The position numbers and the translations under genes were made by a program. A stretch of 64,000 nucleotides of DNA from contig CAXXLZ010000001.1 in the NCBI GenBank assembly GCA_963675595.2, positions 256,001 to 320,000 of the forward strand. Direction: 5' to 3'. Positions 29,218-38,345 of the stretch are shown in pieces; position 1 is the first letter of the stretch, and the number at the start of each line of letters is the position of its first letter. Below the pieces are notes generated by a model. It was not told the origin of the DNA and did not search any database. It saw nothing but the letters and a program-made list of their open reading frames with translations. The DNA is from Thermodesulfobacteriota bacterium. GTDB lineage: Bacteria > Desulfobacterota > Desulfarculia > JACQYL01.

Positions 29218-30999
29218 GTGGTTTTGAAAGCGAAATCCTTTACGATGCCGTTGACGATTTTATTGGTGATCGCGATTTCACACGGATCGGCGGCAGGCGC
29301 GGGCGACTACTACGCTGATCTCGACGTGCCTTACGGAGATGCGTTTCTTGTCACGGAACTCAGGACCTTTTTGACCGACGATCCGTCGGAAACACCTCCC
29401 GATTGCGATAATGACGACGTGGATCTGTACGAGAACATGGTTTCCTATAATGTGAGAAACATGGATATCTATTATCCAAAGGGAGGTGCCAGTTCTCGGA
29501 AGGTGGTGTTTTTCGTTCACGGGGGCGGTTGGGAGGGAGGCTACAAAGAATGGTACTCTTTTGTGCCCACGGTTTTCACCGGTGAAAAAGGGTGGGTGAC
29601 CGTGGTCGTGAACTACAGGCTGGTTTCCGACGAAACGTTCAAGGCCGAAACCTGTCCGACCCGAGAAAGCTGCGAAGGAGAAAACGCTCCCGATCCCTGG
29701 GGGAAGGCGGGAATCCCTCCTCAGTACACCGAGAATTCGAAAGCGTCCTGGTATCCTGATAATCTGGACGACGTGGCCGACGCTTTTGCATGGGTGCTTT
29801 CCCACATCGGAGAATCTCCCTATTTCGGCAATCCGGATGAACTCTTCCTGCTCGGACACTCTGCCGGGGCGCATCTGGTTTCGCTCCTGGCGGTGCATCC
29901 CGATTATGCACACCTTCGTCCCATGATGCGCGGTGTCGTGTCCATGAGCGGCCTCTATCAACTGGACCACCTGAATCCGGCTTCCTATGCGGATATGTTG
30001 GACCAGTTATTCAAGGGGTGCGGGCACAAAGGGGAACTTCCTTGTTCCAAAACCGTTCTTGATGAGGCTTCCCCCCTGTTCTACATTGAGTCCGGAGTGA
30101 CGCCGCCGCCTTTCCTTGTGATATATTCCGAGGTGGAACTTCCGGACATGACCGCTCAAGCCGTCGTTTTCGAGGACGCGCTTTCCGATGGAGGGCATGA
30201 TGTGACGGGCGTCTACCTTTCCGGTTTCACTCATGTTACCGAAATGATGGCCGTTGAATACACCTCGGACAACGAACCCGTGACGGCTTCCACAGGGGAG
30301 CCCGGGAGTTGCATGGAAGATTTCGGCCCCAACCCAAAACCGGAAAGGTATCGGAACCCCACGGACCGGATCATCGCCTGGATCGAGTCCAAGTCCCCGA
30401 CCCTCGTGCCGGAGCCCGGAAACGGCATATGGAAGACCCCGGAAGGGCTGTCCTTTTATGTACAGAAATACGAAACCGGGAGCAGCGTTGTGGTGTTCAC
30501 GCTCGATGGTGTCGAGTTCGCGGCTTTTCTGGATGAAAACGTGGCCGACGGTATTGATGTTTCCAACGACGTGGGGGGCCGAGGATACTCGTTGACTTTC
30601 ACTCCGAGCGATTCGGAAAACGGTTGGATGAGCGTGAGCTCCGGGGCGGGTTCGTTCTCAGGTTCGGTAGTCCTTCAATTTCCCTCCCTTGCGGAAGCCC
30701 CCTCGGGTTTCACTCCGCCTGCCGACGGAATCTGGAAGTCGGACGACGGCGTGGCTTCCTATCTCCAGAATTATGAAGGAGAGAGCTGCATCTTGTTGCT
30801 TACTCTCGACGGTGTAAATTTCACGGCGTTCCATGATCCGTATTGCGGCGACGGTGTTTCCGCAAACAACGACGTGGGTGGGCGTGGATACTCCATGAGC
30901 CTCGAGCTGGACGACGCCGAGCATGGTCGTCTACTGGCGACGGGGGCCGCCGGGGAGACTGCGAGGGACATTTCACTGCTCTTCGCGGCCGCACCCTGA
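29218..30999 (+). CDS. Exported alpha/beta hydrolase (HSL-like) with two C-terminal repeats
   Basis: Signal peptide, VHGGGW oxyanion motif, GHSAG nucleophile elbow; duplicated ~100-aa C-terminal module. Confidence 0.85.
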   Translation: MVLKAKSFTMPLTILLVIAISHGSAAGAGDYYADLDVPYGDAFLVTELRTFLTDDPSETPPDCDNDDVDLYENMVSYNVRNMDIYYPKGGASSRKVVFFVHGGGWEGGYKEWYSFVPTVFTGEKGWVTVVVNYRLVSDETFKAETCPTRESCEGENAPDPWGKAGIPPQYTENSKASWYPDNLDDVADAFAWVLSHIGESPYFGNPDELFLLGHSAGAHLVSLLAVHPDYAHLRPMMRGVVSMSGLYQLDHLNPASYADMLDQLFKGCGHKGELPCSKTVLDEASPLFYIESGVTPPPFLVIYSEVELPDMTAQAVVFEDALSDGGHDVTGVYLSGFTHVTEMMAVEYTSDNEPVTASTGEPGSCMEDFGPNPKPERYRNPTDRIIAWIESKSPTLVPEPGNGIWKTPEGLSFYVQKYETGSSVVVFTLDGVEFAAFLDENVADGIDVSNDVGGRGYSLTFTPSDSENGWMSVSSGAGSFSGSVVLQFPSLAEAPSGFTPPADGIWKSDDGVASYLQNYEGESCILLLTLDGVNFTAFHDPYCGDGVSANNDVGGRGYSMSLELDDAEHGRLLATGAAGETARDISLLFAAAP

Positions 31000-31234
31000 T
31001 TGCGTGATTGAGGAATTCGATTCACCCGTCGATGATGAACGGCCTGCCGTTTCCCATCATCTCCGTACCGCCATCGAGTCGCGTCCAAAACGTCCTTGTT
31101 TCTTGGCAGGTCTTCAAGCGAGCCTTCTATTCGGAGGAGTGCGAGGCGTCACTCGGCTGTGGGAAACCCGGAAAGGAGTGAAACGACCTTCGCTACTTCG
31201 GCGGCGGTTCTTGCCGGATTCGGGAAAGAGGCCT

Positions 31235-31699
31235 TCATTCCCGGGGGAAGCATAGGAGATCGGGCTTGCCGATCATGGCCATCATGGTCATAAGCGACAC
31301 GGCGCACAGCTGTTCCCGCTCCCCCTTTACGGCGTAAACTTCCGAACGACAGATGGTCAATGTCCGTCCCGCCTTCAGCACTTTCGATCGGGCCGTGAGC
31401 CGCTCTCCATCGCCGGGCGCCATGAGGTTGAGTTTGTACTCGACGGTGAGTACCGAGGAGTCCTCCGGCATCAGGCTGTAGGCGGCATATCCCCCCGCAT
31501 TGTCCGCCAGGGTTCCAATAATGCCGGCATGAAAATACCCGTGCTGCTGGGACAGCTCCCTACGGTAGTCTACCTGGATTTCGCAGAAGCCGGGTTCCAC
31601 CGTGACCAGTCGCGCGCCGATCAAGTGCATGAATCCTTGACGATGGAAACTGTCTCTCACACGCTGAGCGAATCCCGGATCCTTGGGTTCATAAGACAT
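31235..31699 (-). CDS. PaaI family thioesterase
   Basis: QQHGYFHAGIIGTLADNAGG and VLTVEYKLNLMAP; start MSYEPK with GGAG SD. Confidence 0.9.
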   Translation of the reverse strand: MSYEPKDPGFAQRVRDSFHRQGFMHLIGARLVTVEPGFCEIQVDYRRELSQQHGYFHAGIIGTLADNAGGYAAYSLMPEDSSVLTVEYKLNLMAPGDGERLTARSKVLKAGRTLTICRSEVYAVKGEREQLCAVSLMTMMAMIGKPDLLCFPRE

Positions 31700-31890
31700 T
31701 CGGAGTCTCCTGGAGCGTGCAGGTGTTGGTTTGTTGCGGACGCGGCCTGCTTTTTTCGATAGGATAGGTCGGTAAACGGTTTGCATGCGACGCTGAACCG
31801 CCGTTTCATGCGTCCGCATTTTATCCACTGCACGGGTCGAGAAATCTTCGCGCCGGCGAAGATGAACCATCTTATAGAGGACCAAGCCTT

Positions 31891-32493
31891 GTGAAAAGGG
31901 AATACTGGCTCGTTCTTTTCTTCGCTCTGGGTCCGTGGCTGGTTTCAGGGGCTTGTACCAGCGAGGGGGACGCCGCGAGAAAAACGCTGGAAGAGCGAGG
32001 CGTCGAATTCAACGAAATGGGATTCCTCACCGCCGTCCAGCAAGGAGACGAGGAAGCCGTGGCGTTATTTCTCAAAGCGGGCGCCGGCGTCAACGTCACC
32101 TGGCCCGGGGCTCACGTATCGGCTCTTATGGTGGCATCCATGCACGACCGAACGGGAATCGCCGCAATGCTCATTTCCAGGGGAGCACAAGTGAACTTTC
32201 AGAGCGACCGAGGCGATACGGCCCTGCACTATGCCGCTTATGTCGGCGACCCTCGGCTGGCGAATCTCCTGATCGACGCCGGGGCCTGGCTGAATTCCAG
32301 GTCCAACATGGGGGACACTCCTCTCATAACAGCGGCTCGCTTTGGCCGCAGGGATGTGGTCGTGCTTTTGCTGCAACGGGGAGCCGATCCGCACATCCGC
32401 AACAGGGACGGAGAGAGCGCGTTGGATGCTGCGAGTGCTCGGGGACACAGGGAGATCGTTTCCCTTCTGGAGAACCCTCCCGTCCCGACCTGA
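31891..32493 (+). CDS. Ankyrin repeat protein, probable lipoprotein
   Basis: LVSGAC lipobox-like; repeats GDTALHYAA, GDTPLITAA, GESALDAA. Confidence 0.88.
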   Translation: MKREYWLVLFFALGPWLVSGACTSEGDAARKTLEERGVEFNEMGFLTAVQQGDEEAVALFLKAGAGVNVTWPGAHVSALMVASMHDRTGIAAMLISRGAQVNFQSDRGDTALHYAAYVGDPRLANLLIDAGAWLNSRSNMGDTPLITAARFGRRDVVVLLLQRGADPHIRNRDGESALDAASARGHREIVSLLENPPVPT

Positions 32494-32739
32494 ATCTGCG
32501 GGTTCGGGCATTGAGAGCCGGTGGGAGGAAGCGTCCGAGTCCCCTTGGAGATAAGGAACTCCAAACCGCGGACGGCATCTTCCCTTACTCGATTGAAAGG
32601 GTCCGGTCGTTAAGGGGCGGACCAATTCCTTTCCCGTCCAGTGCGTTTCATGAGGACGATCCATTCAAGGCGTCGCCCGCGCTCACCCCCCTCCCCCGGA
32701 GGGCTGGGCCCACGGGACGGAAGGAAACCGGCAGCGCCT

Positions 32740-33174
32740 TCAGGATCGGCCGGTTCTCGGAATCGCCTCCACCCGGACCGTCACTTCTCCGTATCCCATG
32801 CAGGACACACCCGTGTCCGGACACCTTACCTGTCTCATGAAGTGAAAATGTTCCGGATCGAGTCCTTCGCTGAGCCTTTCGTTGATCAAAGCCACGGGAA
32901 TACATAGCTGGCCGGCCAAGTAGACGCAGATTCGCTTCGGACAAAACTTGGATAGGAAATTGCCGTCCGCGTCAAGGAGAAAGCGATCTCCCTCGCGGTA
33001 GCCGGAGTTGCAGTTTCTGGCGTGAATCACCTCCGCTTGGATGGAATACCGTGGAGCCGCTTCCGATAAGCGTCTCACATGTCGGATCCGGTGTCCCCCT
33101 TCTTGGAAGCGTTCGAGTTCCTGCTCCGAGTAACCTACCCGGTTTCCGTACCTGCGTATGATGTCCTGGTCCAT
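32740..33174 (-). CDS. Cys-containing hypothetical protein (TIGR04076-like)
   Basis: CNSGYREGDRF, CPKRIC, VRCPDTG; AGGAG SD. Confidence 0.6.
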   Translation of the reverse strand: MDQDIIRRYGNRVGYSEQELERFQEGGHRIRHVRRLSEAAPRYSIQAEVIHARNCNSGYREGDRFLLDADGNFLSKFCPKRICVYLAGQLCIPVALINERLSEGLDPEHFHFMRQVRCPDTGVSCMGYGEVTVRVEAIPRTGRS

Positions 33175-33343
33175 ATTCGACTCCTTTTGTCGGCCGGTCG
33201 CAAAACGGCTGTGATATGGCCCTTCCCGGATTCATTCATGCTGTGAAAGCTGCGTTTTGAATGCGGTTATGCTATAACTATCTGGAATTACAGGATATGC
33301 TTTGAATAAAAAATAAACCTGATTATTCGTTTGGTGAAAAAAC

Positions 33344-33370
33344 TAAAGTAATTTCGCCGTTAGTCGATGT
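33344..33370 (+). promoter_or_regulatory. Sigma28-type promoter, distal copy 1
   Basis: TAAA-N15-GTCGATGT. Confidence 0.7.
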
Positions 33371-33377
33371 GTAAAGT

Positions 33378-33460
33378 GACAACGAGATGCCAGTCTCAAA
33401 CTCCTGATTGAATGAAGAGGACAACCCCGTTCCCGTGTTGCAGGTGCCGGCACATCTGTG
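33378..33460 (+). ncRNA. Flagellin-antisense structured element, copy 1 (ends approximate)
   Basis: GAGAT-GCCA-GTCTC hairpin; CTCCTGATTGAATG antisense to the flagellin SD region; CAGGTG-CCGGCA-CATCTG hairpin. Confidence 0.6.
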
Positions 33461-34218
33461 ACCCCGGAGCCCACGAGCGTGAAGGAAGCGTTTCGCTTTC
33501 CCGCTCGGAAAGGAGATTGAAGCACCCATCCAAATAGACGCTTTCTGAAGGATTTTCAAGTGGGGTCCGGTTCAACGCCTCCCGCAGCCGGAACGGGCAG
33601 ACCGGCCGAAAGGGAACGAGGGCGTCGGAGACCCCGACGAGAGAAACGAGAACCGTAAACGGGAGTCCCGTTTGATCGAATTTCGCGTAGCGATGAAGAG
33701 ACCGAATACCCAAGGAGAACGCGGAGAATACTACCAATTGATGACGTAGCGGATTTGGCGAGGTGCTCCTCGGTCCCATCCCATGCTCGATTTCAGCGCC
33801 GCCGACCGCGGCGGGGGCGTTGCGAGGGGAGGACCCGGGCTGAGAAGTCAAGACCATCTTGAGGCGTCGAGGTCTTTGGGGAAGCTGAAAGCCGTATTCA
33901 CGGCTTTGGCGAGCCGCGAGCCTTTAGGTTTCGTTCGCGTCCACCGCCGGGGCACAATGCATTTTCAGCGGTGGGAACCTCATCCATATTATTCTGAAGC
34001 ACAATCGGCAGTCGTCTATCTAAATTCACCCAAAACTTTCGAAGCCTCGACTCAACAGGAAGTGGAATCTCCGTTCCGCCTCCTCTTATCTCGAGCAGTA
34101 CCCTCCTCTTTTGCCCTAATCCGACATCTATTGCACGAATCGGCCACCGGAAAGCAAGCTCGGGAGACCATTTGTCCCGCATAAAGGCTCCGATTGTGAA
34201 AAAAATTTGTTCTCATGC

Positions 34219-34245
34219 TAAAGTTGGTTCACAAAGTGACGATAT
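34219..34245 (+). promoter_or_regulatory. Sigma28-type promoter of flagellin 1
   Basis: TAAA-N15-GACGATAT, about 190 nt upstream of the ATG. Confidence 0.72.
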
Positions 34246-34438
34246 CCAAAGCGAAGCTGTTGAATAAATCGATGAATCCAAACCGAGATTAAAAGTTTTT
34301 TACAGATTTCGTTTTTCGAAGGGAGGAATTCGAAAGAATATAAACCGGAACATCAAAAACGTCATTTGCCGGATGACGCGACGAACAACCATGCGGGGAA
34401 GGGAGTCCCCTAAGCATTCAATCAAGGAGGATTGAGAA

Positions 34439-37285
34439 ATGGCATTATCCGTTGTTAACAATCTTGCATCTTTTTCCGCCCAGCAGGCCCTCACCAAGAG
34501 CACGTACCATCTTCAGAAGGCCCTGAATCATCTTTCCACCGGCTACCGCATCAACAGTGCGGCGGACGATCCCTCCGGCTTGGCCATTTCCGAGCGATTT
34601 CGCGGTCAGATTCGAGGCCTGGAGCGCGCCACGGCCAACGCCCTGGATGCTCAGTCCATGCTGCAGACCGCCGAAGGCTCGCTGGGGGAAACGCACGCCA
34701 TTCTTCAGCGCATGCGGGAACTGGCCGTTCAGGCGGCCAACGGCGTGCTCACCGGAAGCGACAGACAGGAACTGCAGCGCGAGGTGGATCAATTAAAGGA
34801 AGAAATCGACCGCATCGCCACGGCTACCGAGTTCAATACCAAGAAGCTTCTCGATGGATCCTCGGCCGCCCTGTGGAGCGCGGACGGATCGGATATCACC
34901 GCGATCATCCGAGGTCGCGTTGTGGAAGGAAACTACAAGCTGGTCAAGAACGCCGAGCCCCTGACCAATCATGTGTTGAAAACGGACATTTTTCGTTTGA
35001 AGGACGGAGCGATCTCACAAGAGGAGGAAGGGTCCGCCAACCAGTTGCGCTTCACCTTCGGTGGGGATGACGGTGAATTAACCGTGGCGGGCGGATCGAC
35101 CCTGAATTTCCGTTTCAACTTCGACGGTGTGAACAACATCGATATCGGGGTAACGGCGGGATCCGCGGACGGAAGCGGATTTACGGACGCCGAATACCTG
35201 GCGAGGGTGATCAACGCCAACTCGACCATCAGCCGATACGTCGAGGCCGAATTGGTTTCCGAAGGCGATATTGTTTTGCGGTCCAAAGAAGTCACGGAAA
35301 TCGGAGACAATTATACTCTGCAACTGGTCACCGCCGGGGGCGGGGCTTCCGCGGTGGCGGCGTGGCAGCCCAACATTACCAATTGGGGCGGAGATGAGTT
35401 GAGCTCGACCCAGACGAGCAACAACCTCTGGACTACCGCGGTACGATTCGCCGATTTCGATCTTGTTGTGGGGTCGACGGCATCGGGAACCATGGGAACC
35501 TTCGGCACGGACCGCGCGACGGCCGCCGAGAACAAAGTGATCCAATATGTGAGTAATGCGGCGGAGCTCGAGGGCGGCGACTACGAAATCACCACTGTGG
35601 CGGCGGATAACATCCCCAGCGGCCTGCAGGGTGCGGATGGTTTGAGCGTCGACGCCGGCTTGCTCATGGGCGCCTATATGAAGAGCTCTTCCACTGCGGA
35701 AGTCACCACGATTCAGGCCGCCGTGGACGCAAACCATTACGTGATCGTCGAGGTCACCGGGGCCGGCGGGAGCGGCGTGGTGGACCTCAAAGTCTCCTGG
35801 GATCAGGGCGCCACCTGGACCAACATCGGCAACTACCATGAGGGCGCGTCAATTAATAAGCTAGCCGGGGATCCGGATAACTGGTTCTCCTTGCAGTTCA
35901 ACGGCGATATGGCTACGGGGGACCGTTTGCTCATCGGATTGCAGAATGGAATCGCAGCGACCTCCAACGTGGCGCGGCTCACGGGTCCCGCCAACGAATG
36001 GACCAACATAGCGGATTCCGACGGTGGATGGGACCCGAGGGAGAACCTCGCCGGCGCGGACTTCCAGTATTTCAATCATGGGCTTTGGGAAGATTTGGGT
36101 GCCAACCCGGGAAGCAAAACCGATACTTTGACCTTTGCCCGCATGGACGAGGAAGGACGCGTAACCTTTGGCACGCTGGACGTCACCTGGGGCACCGATG
36201 CCAACTTCGAGAGCAGAAGTTCGAGCATCAACATTCTCCAAGGGGGAGACGTCGCCGGCTTGACCACGGAACTGTCCAAAATCGACCGGTTCTACGACGC
36301 CAATGGAAATTTTATTCTGGGCGATAACGGCAAGTGGATCGACATCTACACCGCCGCGGGAGATCAGGCTTCTTTTTATGTGGACGGCGGCGACACGGTA
36401 AAGGAGCTTGCCGATAAGATCGAGCAGATCATCAGCCTGGAGGCCACCTCTCAAAACTGGGAAGGCCTGGGATTGGGCACCGTACTGGATTCCGAAGGCG
36501 AGAATCATGTGGTGGACTTTGTTACCAACGCCACGGAGAACTCCGACGAAGCGGTCAAGGGAACCCTGCTCATTCGGTCGCCGAAACAAGGATTGAGCGG
36601 AATCCTTTACTTCAGCGCGGAAGAAGCCGTGCTCAACGCTCTGAGTCTGGCCACGATTAAGGACCCGTCCGAGGACGTGGACCCGTTGACGGTTGAGGTA
36701 TACGATGCGCACACGGGGGAATTGATCGGACAGGATACGGTAAGCGACAACGTGCTTCACGGCGTCATCCAGGGAGTTGATGTTCTGGTGGACGCCAATG
36801 TGGACATCAATTACTCCTGGAACGAAAACACCAAAGAAATCGACTTCTACAGCGCCACCGAAGACCAGATCGAATACCTGCACGTTGTGGACAACTCGGT
36901 GAATTTTCAGATCGGCGCCAACCCCGGGCAAATCATGGAAGCTCATATCTCACAGATGGATGCTTTGGGGCTCGGAATCGAAAACGTGCTGGTCGTGAAC
37001 CAAGCCACGGCAGTGGCCGCCTTGGACAGCATCGATGAGGCCATCCAACGGGTGTCTTCAGAACGCGCCCGACTGGGTGCCTATGTCAACCGACTCGATT
37101 TCACCATTTCGAACCTGGCCGTTCAGGAGGAGAATCAGATCGCAGCCGAGTCCCTGATTCGCGACCTCGACATGGCCATGGCCATCTCGGAGATGACCCA
37201 GTACCAGATTCTGCAGCAGGTGGGCGTTGCCATGTTGGCTCAGGCCAATGCCATGCCTCAGAGCCTCCTCAGCCTGCTCGGATAA
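34439..37285 (+). CDS. fliC: Flagellin 1 (948 aa)
   Basis: LSTGYRINSAADDPSGLAISE, LQRMRELAVQAAN, FQIGAN, RARLGAYVNRL, AMLAQAN. Confidence 0.96.
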   Translation: MALSVVNNLASFSAQQALTKSTYHLQKALNHLSTGYRINSAADDPSGLAISERFRGQIRGLERATANALDAQSMLQTAEGSLGETHAILQRMRELAVQAANGVLTGSDRQELQREVDQLKEEIDRIATATEFNTKKLLDGSSAALWSADGSDITAIIRGRVVEGNYKLVKNAEPLTNHVLKTDIFRLKDGAISQEEEGSANQLRFTFGGDDGELTVAGGSTLNFRFNFDGVNNIDIGVTAGSADGSGFTDAEYLARVINANSTISRYVEAELVSEGDIVLRSKEVTEIGDNYTLQLVTAGGGASAVAAWQPNITNWGGDELSSTQTSNNLWTTAVRFADFDLVVGSTASGTMGTFGTDRATAAENKVIQYVSNAAELEGGDYEITTVAADNIPSGLQGADGLSVDAGLLMGAYMKSSSTAEVTTIQAAVDANHYVIVEVTGAGGSGVVDLKVSWDQGATWTNIGNYHEGASINKLAGDPDNWFSLQFNGDMATGDRLLIGLQNGIAATSNVARLTGPANEWTNIADSDGGWDPRENLAGADFQYFNHGLWEDLGANPGSKTDTLTFARMDEEGRVTFGTLDVTWGTDANFESRSSSINILQGGDVAGLTTELSKIDRFYDANGNFILGDNGKWIDIYTAAGDQASFYVDGGDTVKELADKIEQIISLEATSQNWEGLGLGTVLDSEGENHVVDFVTNATENSDEAVKGTLLIRSPKQGLSGILYFSAEEAVLNALSLATIKDPSEDVDPLTVEVYDAHTGELIGQDTVSDNVLHGVIQGVDVLVDANVDINYSWNENTKEIDFYSATEDQIEYLHVVDNSVNFQIGANPGQIMEAHISQMDALGLGIENVLVVNQATAVAALDSIDEAIQRVSSERARLGAYVNRLDFTISNLAVQEENQIAAESLIRDLDMAMAISEMTQYQILQQVGVAMLAQANAMPQSLLSLLG

Positions 37286-37307
37286 CCTGCGGTCCGCGAC
37301 GCAATTC

Positions 37308-37344
37308 AAGGCGGGGCTCCGTTTCGGAGCCCCGCCTTCTTTTT
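37308..37344 (+). terminator. Intrinsic terminator of flagellin 1
   Basis: AAGGCGGGGCTCC-GTTTC-GGAGCCCCGCCTT then CTTTTT. Confidence 0.88.
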
Positions 37345-37693
37345 CGTAACGGTTCTCCTCCACGCCCGCCCATTTCTTCTCGGGATACCTTCGGATTCCG
37401 ATTTCGGTGACATCTCGAGCCGCCGCCACTCGTGCTTCGGCCGGACGCCGGCACACGAAGCGCTTCCCAGCCTCCGCGTCGTCCTCCGTTCCTGCATTCG
37501 TGAGAGTTGAAATCGGTACAACCCCTTAATTCCCGTCGCCGTTGACGTTATGGGCGCAGGTTGAGGCACGGCGAGGCCTCGAAGACCCGTCTGAATCGGT
37601 TGTCTTGGTGGCGTTTTCCCGGCGCTAAGGTATGCGATGGAGTAAAATTTCAATTTATGAACAAAGTCGAACACGATTTTTCTTTTATAAATG

Positions 37694-37720
37694 TAAAGTA
37701 TTTTCGCCGTTTGACGATGT
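37694..37720 (+). promoter_or_regulatory. Sigma28-type promoter, distal copy 2
   Basis: TAAA-N15-GACGATGT; spacer nearly identical to copies 1 and 3. Confidence 0.72.
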
Positions 37721-37726
37721 AAGAAT

Positions 37727-37825
37727 CAAACAGGTAATGCCACCTGAACTCCTTGATTGAATGCGGATTGGGAAGCCGAAAACTCCCGGGTGCCGGCACA
37801 TCCGGAAGAAAAAGGCGAAGTTAAC
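37727..37825 (+). ncRNA. Flagellin-antisense structured element, copy 2 (ends approximate)
   Basis: CAGGT-AATGCC-ACCTG hairpin; 37749-37773 is the exact reverse complement of 42277-42301; CCGGGTG-CCGGCA-CATCCGG hairpin. Confidence 0.68.
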
Positions 37826-38057
37826 CGTCACGACACACAAGAAACATCGCAACGGATGGGAGGATGATCCATCTTTCGTTAAGTCGTCGGATTCGGGCCG
37901 CCCGGGGTCGGGCATCAAACTCCGTGCAATGCTTTTCCGGCCTCCGGGATAGTCGTTAGGAACGGCACGAACCCCGAATATTCAAATCTTTCTCTCCTTT
38001 TTGATCAGCCGACAGTCCCCGGTTGAGCGCAAAATGCGCTTTTCCGCGCCTTGACAC

Positions 38058-38084
38058 TCAAGTTCGTCCGTTTCACACCGATAC
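38058..38084 (+). promoter_or_regulatory. Sigma28-type promoter of flagellin 2
   Basis: TCAA-N15-ACCGATAC, at a position equivalent to the flagellin 3 promoter. Confidence 0.6.
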
Positions 38085-38345
38085 AATTTGCGGGTAACTG
38101 CGGGGATCGCACCCGTCTCAAGCGGACGTGCATGCGATTTCCCTATCGTCTTTTGGTGATGCACGTTGATCCGAGCACCCTTGCCGGAGGGAGAGCGGAG
38201 GCGATGTGCATTGCTGCGGAAAGGGGGGGATAAGCCAACTAGAGCGCACTATTCCGTTGAGAATCGCCCCATAAGGGGACATCTCACGATGCCTTAGACG
38301 AGGGAATGGATTCCCGATCTGAGTTCAATCAAGGAGGATTGATTC

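Noticed and set aside
33470-34200. Short ORFs between cassette 1 and the flagellin 1 promoter
   Set aside because: No SD or motif support and mutually overlapping frames; left as unexplained non-coding DNA.
37749-38336. Inverted repeats around each proximal flagellin promoter read as an invertible DNA phase-variation switch
   Set aside because: No recombinase in the window. The repeats are interrupted, the best match is between different units, and conservation follows RNA stems and loops. Not fully excluded without read-orientation data.
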